Shown: positions 8,931 through 16,335 of the stretch, piece after piece
How the letters are laid out: every line of letters starts with the position of its first letter
Position numbering within the stretch: position 1 is the stretch's first letter
Assembly (NCBI GenBank): GCA_964519365.1
Contig: CAZFHP010000002.1
Location: forward strand, 7,527 to 58,998
Direction of reading: 5' to 3'
Origin: an uncultured Pseudomonadota bacterium
GTDB taxonomy: Bacteria; Babelota; Babeliae; Babelales; RVW-14
Length of the DNA: 51,472 nt
The notes under the pieces: generated by a model
Databases searched by the model: none
The model's input: only the letters and a program-made list of their open reading frames with translations
Told to the model about the DNA's origin: nothing
Position numbers and translations under genes: made by a program

Positions 8931-9272
8931 TTAACGAGTTAAACCACGATCGGTTTTTTTTGTTGTACTGGTTTTAACTTTTTCGACATTAGCTTCAATA
9001 GCTGGTTCTTTTTCTATTATCGAAATGGGATCCCATACGTCAATCTTTTTGCATTTTGGACACTTAATACCCAAAAGTCTTGCAAAAGTTGCCATGTGAC
9101 CATCAATGAAGCCTCTTGTTTTTTGATTGGCAAAGAAATAATTTTTTATGGCTTCAGTAAAAATTGCGACAAGCCCACTAGCGACAGCTAGTTTGGCCAA
9201 ATAAACTTCGATGTACGGCATAAATTCCCAGATGTCCATTTTTCGTTCACATTTTCTACATTTTATTTTCAT
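8931..9272 (-). CDS. Hypothetical protein with two CxxC pairs and a central hydrophobic helix
   Basis: The 113-aa ORF has CRKC near the N-terminus, CPKC later, and a hydrophobic stretch LAKLAVASGLVAIF. Confidence 0.45.
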   Translation of the reverse strand: MKIKCRKCERKMDIWEFMPYIEVYLAKLAVASGLVAIFTEAIKNYFFANQKTRGFIDGHMATFARLLGIKCPKCKKIDVWDPISIIEKEPAIEANVEKVKTSTTKKTDRGLTR

Positions 9273-9418
9273 AAAAAGCCTTAAAATTAATTATGTTCTG
9301 AGTAAATTAACACTATAAAAGTTATCACGCTATTATATTGTAATCAATACTTTTGTGAATATCTCTGTTTTTGATAGCCCTTTAGGCTTCGCGTGTTTTC
9401 TTTTTAATGGGATAAATA

Positions 9419-10210
9419 TTATCGAGCTTCAACCAATAAAAAATCTTGTACGAATGAAATTGGTTCTTCTGGTTTTTTATTAAGTTGCTTGTACATAGCC
9501 TCAGCAAGGGCCTTCGAAAATTTTAAAGCTTGATCATGAGGTAACTCTGTACTGTGAGGTACCCATCGCATAAGCGTCTGAACAGTAGCTTCAAGCGTTG
9601 GAGCCATAGAAGATCTGTGAATAATTTCTATTTTTTTATGTTCAAAACCAGCTTGATCAAGCAATTGTTTAAAATCGTTTTTTGATTTTAGAAAAAGACT
9701 TTTTTTGTTGTTTTCTATTGCCGTCTTCCATGCATGTTCGCGTTTAAGAGTTTTAAAGGCGCGACTTATAAGTGAATCATCCTGTCGGACAGCCATAATA
9801 ATTAGAGTTTTTCCCGTTGGTTTTAAAGATTTTTTTATATTGTGCAAAACAGCTCCTTGGTCTTTGACCCAGTGCAATACAAAAAAACTCGTTATGCAGT
9901 CAAACTTTTGCTTGAAAGAAAAGTTTGTTGCATCGGCAATCTCAAATCTAAGATTTGTTGCGTCAATAAAAGATTGTTGTGCTGCTTGAATCATGCTCGG
10001 TGAAAGATCGATACCAATAACGTTCCCTCGGGGAACTTTTTGTGCCATTTTTGCGGTAAGTTTTCCGTGCCCACATCCAATATCAAGAATTGCTTCGTCG
10101 CCTTTAAAATTTATCCGTTCAAAAAGAGCAGCCAGCGCCCATCCATGATTTTGAAAACTCGTGTGTTTTCCGTAGTGTTTACTGTTCCATGTATCGCGTT
10201 TATTATTCAT
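9419..10210 (-). CDS. Class I SAM-dependent methyltransferase
   Basis: Motif I reads ILDIGCGHGKLT. The downstream acidic loop (IGIDLS) and the overall length are typical of the fold. Confidence 0.85.
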   Translation of the reverse strand: MNNKRDTWNSKHYGKHTSFQNHGWALAALFERINFKGDEAILDIGCGHGKLTAKMAQKVPRGNVIGIDLSPSMIQAAQQSFIDATNLRFEIADATNFSFKQKFDCITSFFVLHWVKDQGAVLHNIKKSLKPTGKTLIIMAVRQDDSLISRAFKTLKREHAWKTAIENNKKSLFLKSKNDFKQLLDQAGFEHKKIEIIHRSSMAPTLEATVQTLMRWVPHSTELPHDQALKFSKALAEAMYKQLNKKPEEPISFVQDFLLVEAR

Positions 10211-10227
10211 ATATCAACCTATCGTTA

Positions 10228-10437
10228 TCAAAGTTTATTTTGATTGGCCAAAGCTTTTGTCATAATTTTTTTTAACACTTTATCTGAACGCTGCTTTGGC
10301 CATGTTAACCTATTGCCAGGCGTATATTTTATGTGAATTTTATTTGCTTTTTCTAAAAAACTTTTTACAGCAGTAAAGAACTTTTCTGGGTATTTTTTCA
10401 AGACTAAGTATAGTGCTTCTTGGTAGCGTTTGCCACC
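10228..10437 (-). pseudogene. Relic of a GNAT acetyltransferase (C-terminal fragment only)
   Basis: The minus-strand frame reads *GGKRYQEALYLVLKKYPEKFFTAV... This closely matches GSGRYQEALYLTLKKYFEE in the intact GNAT at 11276-11830. The frame is closed by TGA just upstream and has no start codon. Confidence 0.5.
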
Positions 10438-10462
10438 TCAAAGATTTTTGTTAAATATTTTG

Positions 10463-10491
10463 TTGACAATGTAACACATTCGTGGTACGGT
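10463..10491 (+). promoter_or_regulatory. Putative promoter TTGACA-17-TACGGT for the second Gp49/XRE module
   Basis: A consensus -35 TTGACA lies at 10463-10468 and a TAnnnT -10 at 10486-10491. A GGGAG SD precedes ATG 10526. Confidence 0.35.
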
Positions 10492-10525
10492 GTAGTTATA
10501 TTATGACATAAAGCGCGGGAGATTC

Positions 10526-10912
10526 ATGAACAAATTTGTAGCTTATAAAGGTCGATTCTTTACTATTGAATGGTATTTCAATGTTCGTGGTCGTAGCCAA
10601 GCGTTACAGTATTATGAATCATTATCTATTGAAGAAAGAAATAAAGTCCTTTATTTGTTTCAAACAATGGGGGATTTTGGGAAGATTAGAAATCAACAAA
10701 AATTTAATGCCGAAGGAGATAAGATTTATGCTTTTAAACCAATGCCACATCGATTTTTAAGCTTCTTTTTTATTGGTTCGAAAATTATTGTAACGAATGC
10801 ATTTGAGAAAAAACAGCAGAAACTACCATTGCGGGAAAAAGAAAAGGCATTACGGTATTGTAAAGATTATAAAATGCGCGTTAAGAAAGGTTGTTATTAT
10901 GAAAAAAAATAA
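10526..10912 (+). CDS. Type II toxin, Gp49-like (RelE/ParE superfamily)
   Basis: The 128-aa ORF shows the pattern KIYAFKP...RFLSFFF.GSKIIVTNAFEKKQQKLP..EKEKA. An overlapping HTH gene follows. Confidence 0.75.
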   Translation: MNKFVAYKGRFFTIEWYFNVRGRSQALQYYESLSIEERNKVLYLFQTMGDFGKIRNQQKFNAEGDKIYAFKPMPHRFLSFFFIGSKIIVTNAFEKKQQKLPLREKEKALRYCKDYKMRVKKGCYYEKK

Positions 10913-11273
10913 AAAGAAGGCCAAGAAAAAACCGTTATCAACATATGAAGAGCACATGCAAAGTTTAAGTCCAAAACAGTTGAAGGCTTACAAAAAAGGA
11001 TATCAAGATTTTTTATTGTCGGAGCTTGTTATTGCTGCTATGCAAGAGGACGATGTTTCTGTTAGAGAACTAGCAAAAGCTGCAGGAATATCTCCTACGA
11101 TTGTTCAAGAAGTTCGTACAGGAAAGCGTAAGAATTTATCGGTGCAGTCATTTTTTAAAATTTTAGATGCTTTGGGATACTCACTTATTCTTGAAAAACC
11201 AGGGAAGAAGCAAACAAAAGCTGAACGTATTACTCTGCAAGCATCTATTTTCCCTCACCATAGGGGAAATTAA
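10899..11273 (+). CDS. XRE-family helix-turn-helix antitoxin
   Basis: The start is taken at MKKNKKK (ATG 10899, overlapping the toxin stop). The HTH segment reads VSVRELAKAAGISPTIVQEVRTGKRKNLSVQSFFKILDALG. Confidence 0.75.
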   Translation: MKKNKKKAKKKPLSTYEEHMQSLSPKQLKAYKKGYQDFLLSELVIAAMQEDDVSVRELAKAAGISPTIVQEVRTGKRKNLSVQSFFKILDALGYSLILEKPGKKQTKAERITLQASIFPHHRGN

Positions 11274-11275
11274 AA

Positions 11276-11830
11276 TTATTTGAAATTTTTCCGTTTTTGC
11301 TCAAATTTATTTCGTGTTAATTCTATCAAATACGCGTATTTGCCAGGCCTATGATCGTTGTCTAATTTTTTGGCAACAACAAAACCAAATTTCTGGTGAG
11401 CTTTCAAGCTTCGTTTGTTTTCTTCTGTAACAAAAGCAAAAATCGAATTATCCTGCGTTTCTTCAAAATATTTTTTCAAGGTCAAGTAGAGTGCTTCTTG
11501 ATACCGTCCGCTACCCCAAAAATGTTCATTAAGCCATGATCCTAATTGTCCGTTTGGGTGTTCTTTACTTCGAATGACAATTCCACCGATCAATTTGTTT
11601 GTCTTATTTTCGAAGATACAGTACACCATGTGATGGTGCTTATCGACCAATGCTACTTGTAAGTACTTAATCGTTTCTTGCATATCACACGTTGGTGGGA
11701 GTCCAAGTGCTTGTCGAACAATGGGGGAAAACATGCGGTGATATTCTTCAAAAAACTTTTCTTGTAATGGTTTTAGAGTAACGAGTTTTCCTTTAAGCGG
11801 GTCATTTTTTTTATCATGTTTTTTTATCAT
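11276..11830 (-). CDS. GNAT family N-acetyltransferase (RimJ/RimL-like)
   Basis: The 184-aa ORF has a GNAT core (LIGGIVIR .. WGSGRYQEALYL). It overlaps the upstream kinase gene by 4 nt. Confidence 0.85.
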   Translation of the reverse strand: MIKKHDKKNDPLKGKLVTLKPLQEKFFEEYHRMFSPIVRQALGLPPTCDMQETIKYLQVALVDKHHHMVYCIFENKTNKLIGGIVIRSKEHPNGQLGSWLNEHFWGSGRYQEALYLTLKKYFEETQDNSIFAFVTEENKRSLKAHQKFGFVVAKKLDNDHRPGKYAYLIELTRNKFEQKRKNFK

Positions 11831-12852
11831 GGTTTCACCTTTATAACGAAGTCTTCATCCGTTTTAAATGCTATATCTACCACACCATTCGGTTCAAACA
11901 TTGCTATGAAATGCTTATACATTTCTGTTCTATTTTCACCTCCTGACACTGTCAAAAGTAAATACTGCCCATACAGTGCAATATCTTCCACGATTCGCTC
12001 ATGCCGATAATAGGCCAAGATTGTTTTGTTAATTTCAATTTTTCCATAGCCTTTATAGAAAAGCGCTTCTTCGTGCGACTTATTCCAAACATTTGCGACA
12101 CCTCCGCCAATAAACATGAGGTCTCGTTCCTTCGGTGCCATAATAGGGTCATCCCAGTCAACTATGTAGATAGTATTTTTTTCATCTATCAACACATTGC
12201 CACCATGAATATCAGAATGGCACAGTACGAATTTAGGCGATTCATTCTCAAGTACTTTGGCTAACTGTTCAGCTCGATCTATTAACCGGTGAATTGCCAG
12301 CGCATTTTCCTTCATAAATGCCCATAGTTTCAGTGTGATTTCGTCGCCGATCGGTTCAGTTTCAATATAGGTATAAAGCGACCGAACAATGTCTCGCCAC
12401 TTAGATGAATAGGTTTCACGCCGTATTTGGTGTTTGATTGAAGAGGGGACATCAATTTCGTGAACTTGTCTTAGTGTTTTGCCGAGCGTTATCCATTGTT
12501 CGCCTGTTAGAGCGCGATCGAACCCATTTTGTCCCTCAATAAATGGATACACAATAATGGTGCAATCGTCAATGAGTTGAGTTCGGTGCCCATGAGTTGT
12601 TTTGACCGGAAGAATAATCTGTTGAATGCCAGCACTATGCAATAGTTCTACGATAGTAATGCCGATGTCGTGATGGTGACCACGCTTTAACTTTACGAAA
12701 TAAGATAGCTGGTCGTGCGCCTCGGCTTTATATACCAGCGCATTTATATCCGCACCCAAAGGAAGAAATGTAAGCGTGGTAACTTTAATACCATAATAGG
12801 TGCGAAGGCAATCAATAATACGTTGGTCTGAAAGGGGTGGTTTTACTAACAT
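11827..12852 (-). CDS. Aminoglycoside phosphotransferase-fold kinase, APH(9)/spectinomycin-phosphotransferase-like
   Basis: The catalytic loop is CHSDIHGGNVLID and the metal-binding motif is IVDWDD. The strings APKERDLMFIGGG and YYRHERIVEDIA match, from memory, the Legionella APH(9) subfamily. Confidence 0.85.
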   Translation of the reverse strand: MLVKPPLSDQRIIDCLRTYYGIKVTTLTFLPLGADINALVYKAEAHDQLSYFVKLKRGHHHDIGITIVELLHSAGIQQIILPVKTTHGHRTQLIDDCTIIVYPFIEGQNGFDRALTGEQWITLGKTLRQVHEIDVPSSIKHQIRRETYSSKWRDIVRSLYTYIETEPIGDEITLKLWAFMKENALAIHRLIDRAEQLAKVLENESPKFVLCHSDIHGGNVLIDEKNTIYIVDWDDPIMAPKERDLMFIGGGVANVWNKSHEEALFYKGYGKIEINKTILAYYRHERIVEDIALYGQYLLLTVSGGENRTEMYKHFIAMFEPNGVVDIAFKTDEDFVIKVKP

Positions 12853-13090
12853 ATCAATCCTTATAAAATTGGAGTGTGTGCATATCTTGGGGGATTCGAA
12901 CTCTCATTCCCTGGCACTTGAACCCTGGGTCCTACCACATGTTTTAACCGTCGTGCTTAACCTTAAATGAAAGGTATACAAAATAAGACACACTTCTTGA
13001 AAGACGATAGCATTTTGATATAGTGTGCGCAAGCTTAAAGTACGTCTAAAAAAAGAGGATGAAATTGCCATATGGAAAACCGTTTTAGGT

Positions 13091-13154
13091 TTTGGTCAAA
13101 ATATGGGGGGTAAAATAGCCATAATTTGGCTAAAATATGGGGGGTGTTTTAGCC
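13091..13154. repeat. Two tandem ~30-bp repeats (TTTGGYMAAAATATGGGGGGT...TAGCC), 34-bp period
   Basis: Copy one is tttggtcaaaatatggggggtaaaatagcc (13091-13120) and copy two is tttggctaaaatatggggggtgttttagcc (13125-13154). The second copy contains an 8-bp inverted repeat, GGCTAAAA/TTTTAGCC. Confidence 0.6.
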
Positions 13155-13288
13155 AAAAACAAAGTCTTATATTCTTGTATTTGTTGAAAGGGTTTTCTGG
13201 GAGGGGTTTTGTAGAGATGTTTGTTAATTTTAAAGTAACACTTTAAAATTAACAGGCGAAGGTTTTGATAAAAAATCCAAATAGTTTT

Positions 13289-13810
13289 TTAAACCACGGT
13301 CTTATTGTTTTTCCTATACACACGACATGGCGTTCCTTTCCACACCCCTTCTCTCCAATAGCTTAACCCAATTTTTTCAGCTACACGAAGTGATTTTTGA
13401 TTGTCATGGGCAATACAAGAGACTATTTCAGGTAATTTTAAAACGGTAAAAGAATAATCGCGAACAGCGATTGCTGCTTCTGTTGCCAAGCCTTTGCACC
13501 ATAACTTTTTATGAATGCGATAAGCTAGCTCGATAACGTCTGTTTTCTCATCGATTTTTTCTGTGTGTAAGCCACAATAGCCAATTAATTTTTTTGTTTC
13601 TTTTTCTATAATGGCCCATAAGCCAAAGCCATTTTGATTATAGCTTTTAATCATGTGATTAAGAAAGCCTCGAGCATAATTAACATCCAAAGGGCCAAAC
13701 TGAGAACGATGTGGCATGCCGCCATCAGCAAGTATTTCAAAAATTGTGTTGTTATCTTCCATAACAAAGTTGCGCAAAATTAAACGTTCAGTTTCAAGTA
13801 TTTTTTTCAT
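13289..13810 (-). CDS. GNAT family N-acetyltransferase (RimJ/RimL-like)
   Basis: The 173-aa ORF has the N-terminal TERLILR motif and a GNAT core (LIGYCGLH .. WCKGLATEAA). Confidence 0.85.
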   Translation of the reverse strand: MKKILETERLILRNFVMEDNNTIFEILADGGMPHRSQFGPLDVNYARGFLNHMIKSYNQNGFGLWAIIEKETKKLIGYCGLHTEKIDEKTDVIELAYRIHKKLWCKGLATEAAIAVRDYSFTVLKLPEIVSCIAHDNQKSLRVAEKIGLSYWREGVWKGTPCRVYRKNNKTVV

Positions 13811-13817
13811 GAATTTC

Positions 13818-13991
13818 TCATTTTTTTTGTATTTTTTTCTTTGCTAATGCCCTTTGCCGTGCTTCATCCGAAAATTTCTTAAGTCTTTCCATAAAAGAGT
13901 TATAGTCATCAATACTAAGGTAAACATAAATTGGTTTGTTGTTTTTGTCATAAAAGAATTCTGGTTTTATGATTTTATTTTTTTTGGCCAT
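13818..13991 (-). CDS. Small (57 aa) antitoxin-like ORF, below the ORF-track cutoff
   Basis: Hand-translated as MAKKNKIIKPEFFYDKNNKPIYVYLSIDDYNSFMERLKKFSDEARQRALAKKKIQKK. The pattern resembles the 72-aa antitoxin at 14275-14493. It sits 2 nt after the RelE stop. Confidence 0.4.
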   Translation of the reverse strand: MAKKNKIIKPEFFYDKNNKPIYVYLSIDDYNSFMERLKKFSDEARQRALAKKKIQKK

Positions 13992-13993
13992 AA

Positions 13994-14272
13994 TTAATCC
14001 CTATAAATTTCTTTCCTATGTCCTACTTTGATAACATAAACGATAATTTGATTTTTCCACACAGTGTAAATGATGCGATAGTTACCCATTAGCAACCTAT
14101 AACGATGTTCTTGAGAAGGACTTAATTTTTTGATATCAAGATTTGGTTGATCATTAATAAGCTTTTCAAGTGCTACATAAATTTTTTGAGCAATATTTTT
14201 GGGTAACTTGTTGATAGTTTTTTTTGCTTGAGTTGAGTAAATAAGTCGATATCCTTTGAGCTTGTCGACCAA
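13994..14272 (-). CDS. RelE/ParE family type II toxin
   Basis: The 92-aa ORF has the motifs YRLIYS..A.K.I.KLPK, YRLLMGNYRIIY and IIVYVIKVGHRKEIYR. Confidence 0.85.
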   Translation of the reverse strand: MVDKLKGYRLIYSTQAKKTINKLPKNIAQKIYVALEKLINDQPNLDIKKLSPSQEHRYRLLMGNYRIIYTVWKNQIIVYVIKVGHRKEIYRD

Positions 14273-14274
14273 AG

Positions 14275-14493
14275 TTATCGTTTTTTTCTTTCAATAATTT
14301 TCTTAATTTCTTCATGGGTGTAAAATTTAGCAGGTTCTTTTTTGGCTTGTTCAACTGCATCATTATCGAGAAAATCTTCCATTTTTTCTACTAGTTTTTC
14401 AAAGTCTGTGTGTTTAAGTAAGACGCCAGTAATTGCTCCTTTTTCGTTTTGTATACTGCGTACTTTTACTTTAGGAATTGTGTACCAAGACAT
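14275..14493 (-). CDS. Cognate antitoxin (Phd/YefM- or RelB-like)
   Basis: The 72-aa ORF ends 2 nt before the RelE start. Its acidic C-terminal half is typical of antitoxins. Confidence 0.65.
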   Translation of the reverse strand: MSWYTIPKVKVRSIQNEKGAITGVLLKHTDFEKLVEKMEDFLDNDAVEQAKKEPAKFYTHEEIKKIIERKKR

Positions 14494-14515
14494 AAAAAAC
14501 TCCTTTCAAAATTCG

Positions 14516-14725
14516 AAAACCGCCATTGACCATGAGCTTTTGACCTGTTATCCATCGAGCTTGATCTGAAGCCATAAACAGTACAGCGTCAGCTATATCT
14601 GATGGTTCACCAAGCTTTTCAAGCGGGATCATTGGCTTAAGCGAATCTTCAAGTGTTTTATCAATCCAACCTGATTGCGCTGGGCCGGGAGCGATTATGT
14701 TCACTCGAATGTTGTATTCGGCGCG
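14516..14725 (-). pseudogene. 3' relic of a short-chain dehydrogenase/reductase (FabG-like) gene
   Basis: Residues 55-122 of track ORF 14471-14881 read EYNIRVNIIAPGP....I........P..KLGEPSDIADAVLFMASDQARWITGQKLMVNGGF. This is the C-terminal third of an SDR. The Rossmann and catalytic YxxxK parts are absent. Confidence 0.7.
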
Positions 14726-14726
14726 T

Positions 14727-15137
14727 TCATTTTCTTTCAAAAACATTTGACTGACCTGCTTCTGGGATAGATGTCTTTTTAAGGACAAAGCGCATAATGC
14801 TATTTGCATGCTTGATTGCTTGTTCTGCATCTGCTTTGTCTGGGATATCAAATTCTGTTGGATATCTAAATTTTGTAGCAAAAGGATTTAAAAAATCAGC
14901 AGCTTCAAGTTTTTTACGAAAGCTTTGATCAGATAATATACACAATTCAAGCAATCGAAGTAAATCATGCGTCTTGATAATAGGATGGCCTTTAAATATG
15001 AGATAAGCTTTTAAAGATTTTTCTGCTGATTGTTGACAATGATAAACAAGAGGCGAAAATCGTTCAGTTTTAAATAGATCTTTTGCTGCGCCTAAATCTT
15101 CTTTTGATATGCTTAACCATTTTTCATGCTCGAGCAT
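14727..15137 (-). CDS. HEPN domain protein (toxin partner of MNT), copy A
   Basis: With the start at MLEHEKWL the product is 136 aa. The motifs are YHCQQSAEKSLKAYL, KTHDLLRLLE and FRYP. It overlaps the MNT stop by 14 nt, exactly as in copy B. Confidence 0.85.
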   Translation of the reverse strand: MLEHEKWLSISKEDLGAAKDLFKTERFSPLVYHCQQSAEKSLKAYLIFKGHPIIKTHDLLRLLELCILSDQSFRKKLEAADFLNPFATKFRYPTEFDIPDKADAEQAIKHANSIMRFVLKKTSIPEAGQSNVFERK

Positions 15138-15444
15138 AAAGCACCTTTCCATGTTTTTTGATTTTATGGCATAAGGTGGTTATGTTTTTTGCGGATTTTT
15201 CAAATTCATCTTTTGTATAAACAATGATATCTTTGGAAATTCCTAAACCAAACAAAGCTCGTTGCCCAGGACGAGGACGGTTGTAAGATTTTTCATCAGA
15301 TTCATCAACAACGATAACTAAATCCAAATCACTGTCTTCTGTTGGTGTTCCCCAGGCGTATGAACCGAAAATATAAATAGCGACAGGATTATATGTTTTG
15401 ACAAGGCGATTTTTTACTTCCTCGATTATTTTTTTGTTAATCAT
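15124..15444 (-). CDS. Minimal nucleotidyltransferase (MNT) antitoxin, copy A
   Basis: The 106-aa ORF carries the NTase motif IFGSYAWGTPTEDSDLDLVIVV. Confidence 0.9.
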   Translation of the reverse strand: MINKKIIEEVKNRLVKTYNPVAIYIFGSYAWGTPTEDSDLDLVIVVDESDEKSYNRPRPGQRALFGLGISKDIIVYTKDEFEKSAKNITTLCHKIKKHGKVLYARA

Positions 15445-15477
15445 AATTTTAAATAGCCTTTCGATTTTTTACATTTG

Positions 15478-16335
15478 TTATTGGTATGATTTTATCATGT
15501 CTGCGATTTTTTCTAAATTGTTTTGCTTGCCAACCCGATATTCCCAAAATATCCAGTGTTCAAGGTTTGTTGGATAATCCATAATAGGATTATCATCTTT
15601 GGTTAATCCTAATTTTTTGTAAGTCTTGAGCGCTGTTGTATTAGTCGTTCGTGTATGCAAAGAAATGCGTTTGATGCTTGGGTTTATCTTGAGTATTGAA
15701 CTCATAAGTAATTTGCCGAGTCCGCGATTTTGTGATGTTGGATTAACGGCAAAATGCATCATTTTGATGTTGCCAAAAGCGTAGCTGTCACGTAGCATGA
15801 ATGTACTAAAACCAAGTAGAGTGTTAGTATTTTGATCCTTAACGGTAATCACATCGCAAATATCTTTGCCAAACAGAGTAAAAGCCTCAGGTCCCCAGGT
15901 AGACGTGTCATAAATGAAGTGTGGCTTGAGACTTTCTTGCACTACCGTTTCAACTTTTGACCAGTCAATTGCATCAACCCCATCTTTGAAAAGTGGCTCA
16001 AAGATTTTGTAATAGGGTTCTGTGCCTACAACTTGAGGGAAGATTCGCAAAAAGTTCATTTCAACTGGTGTATATGCTGCACATGCAATAGGCCATACTT
16101 TTTTCATTGTGTCTAAAAATTCAGGTGCAAAGAGAGTTGCTTTTTGCCATTCTAAAATAACAGGAGTTCCTGTTTTATCTTTTGCGTGAAAGGATCCTGC
16201 TTGTTGTGTATTATCGAGATGTGTGTTTTTATTTGCTTGATTATATGTTTGCATATTAGTTCCTGCGTAAATGTTTATCGAAATAAGAGTGTACGTTATT
16301 GACAATAGTGCCCATTGTTTTGTTTTGTTATGCAT
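15478..16335 (-). CDS. Signal-peptide protein with a C-terminal GNAT acetyltransferase domain, copy A
   Basis: The 285-aa ORF has an N-terminal hydrophobic signal. GNAT motif A reads QNRGLGKLLMSSIL. It is a paralogue of 19619-20518. Confidence 0.7.
   Translation of the reverse strand: MHNKTKQWALLSITYTLISINIYAGTNMQTYNQANKNTHLDNTQQAGSFHAKDKTGTPVILEWQKATLFAPEFLDTMKKVWPIACAAYTPVEMNFLRIFPQVVGTEPYYKIFEPLFKDGVDAIDWSKVETVVQESLKPHFIYDTSTWGPEAFTLFGKDICDVITVKDQNTNTLLGFSTFMLRDSYAFGNIKMMHFAVNPTSQNRGLGKLLMSSILKINPSIKRISLHTRTTNTTALKTYKKLGLTKDDNPIMDYPTNLEHWIFWEYRVGKQNNLEKIADMIKSYQ

Larger units (their letters stand above)
14727..16335 (-). repeat. Diverged segmental duplication, block A (GNAT-like + MNT + HEPN)
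   Basis: The gene order, overlaps and intergenic spacing match block B (18866-20518). The encoded proteins are clearly homologous along their whole length. Confidence 0.8.

Noticed and set aside
12880-12960. tRNA or tmRNA gene on the minus strand, suggested by GGATTCGAAC (= GTTCGAATCC T-loop) and GGTTCAAGT strings
   Set aside because: Neither T-loop-like string has a complementary 5-bp stem (GAGAG versus CCCCC). No acceptor, D or anticodon arms can be drawn. At best it is a degraded fragment, so it is reported only as part of the junction finding.
13025-13246. 73-aa ORF in the kinase-GNAT spacer
   Set aside because: It is composed largely of the tandem repeats and palindrome. It has no SD and an odd composition, so it is considered non-coding.
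14471-14881. Track ORF of 136 aa taken as an intact gene
   Set aside because: Its first 54 residues are antisense to the HEPN gene 3' end and low-complexity. Only residues 55-122 look like a real protein (an SDR C-terminus). It is treated as a pseudogene relic instead.
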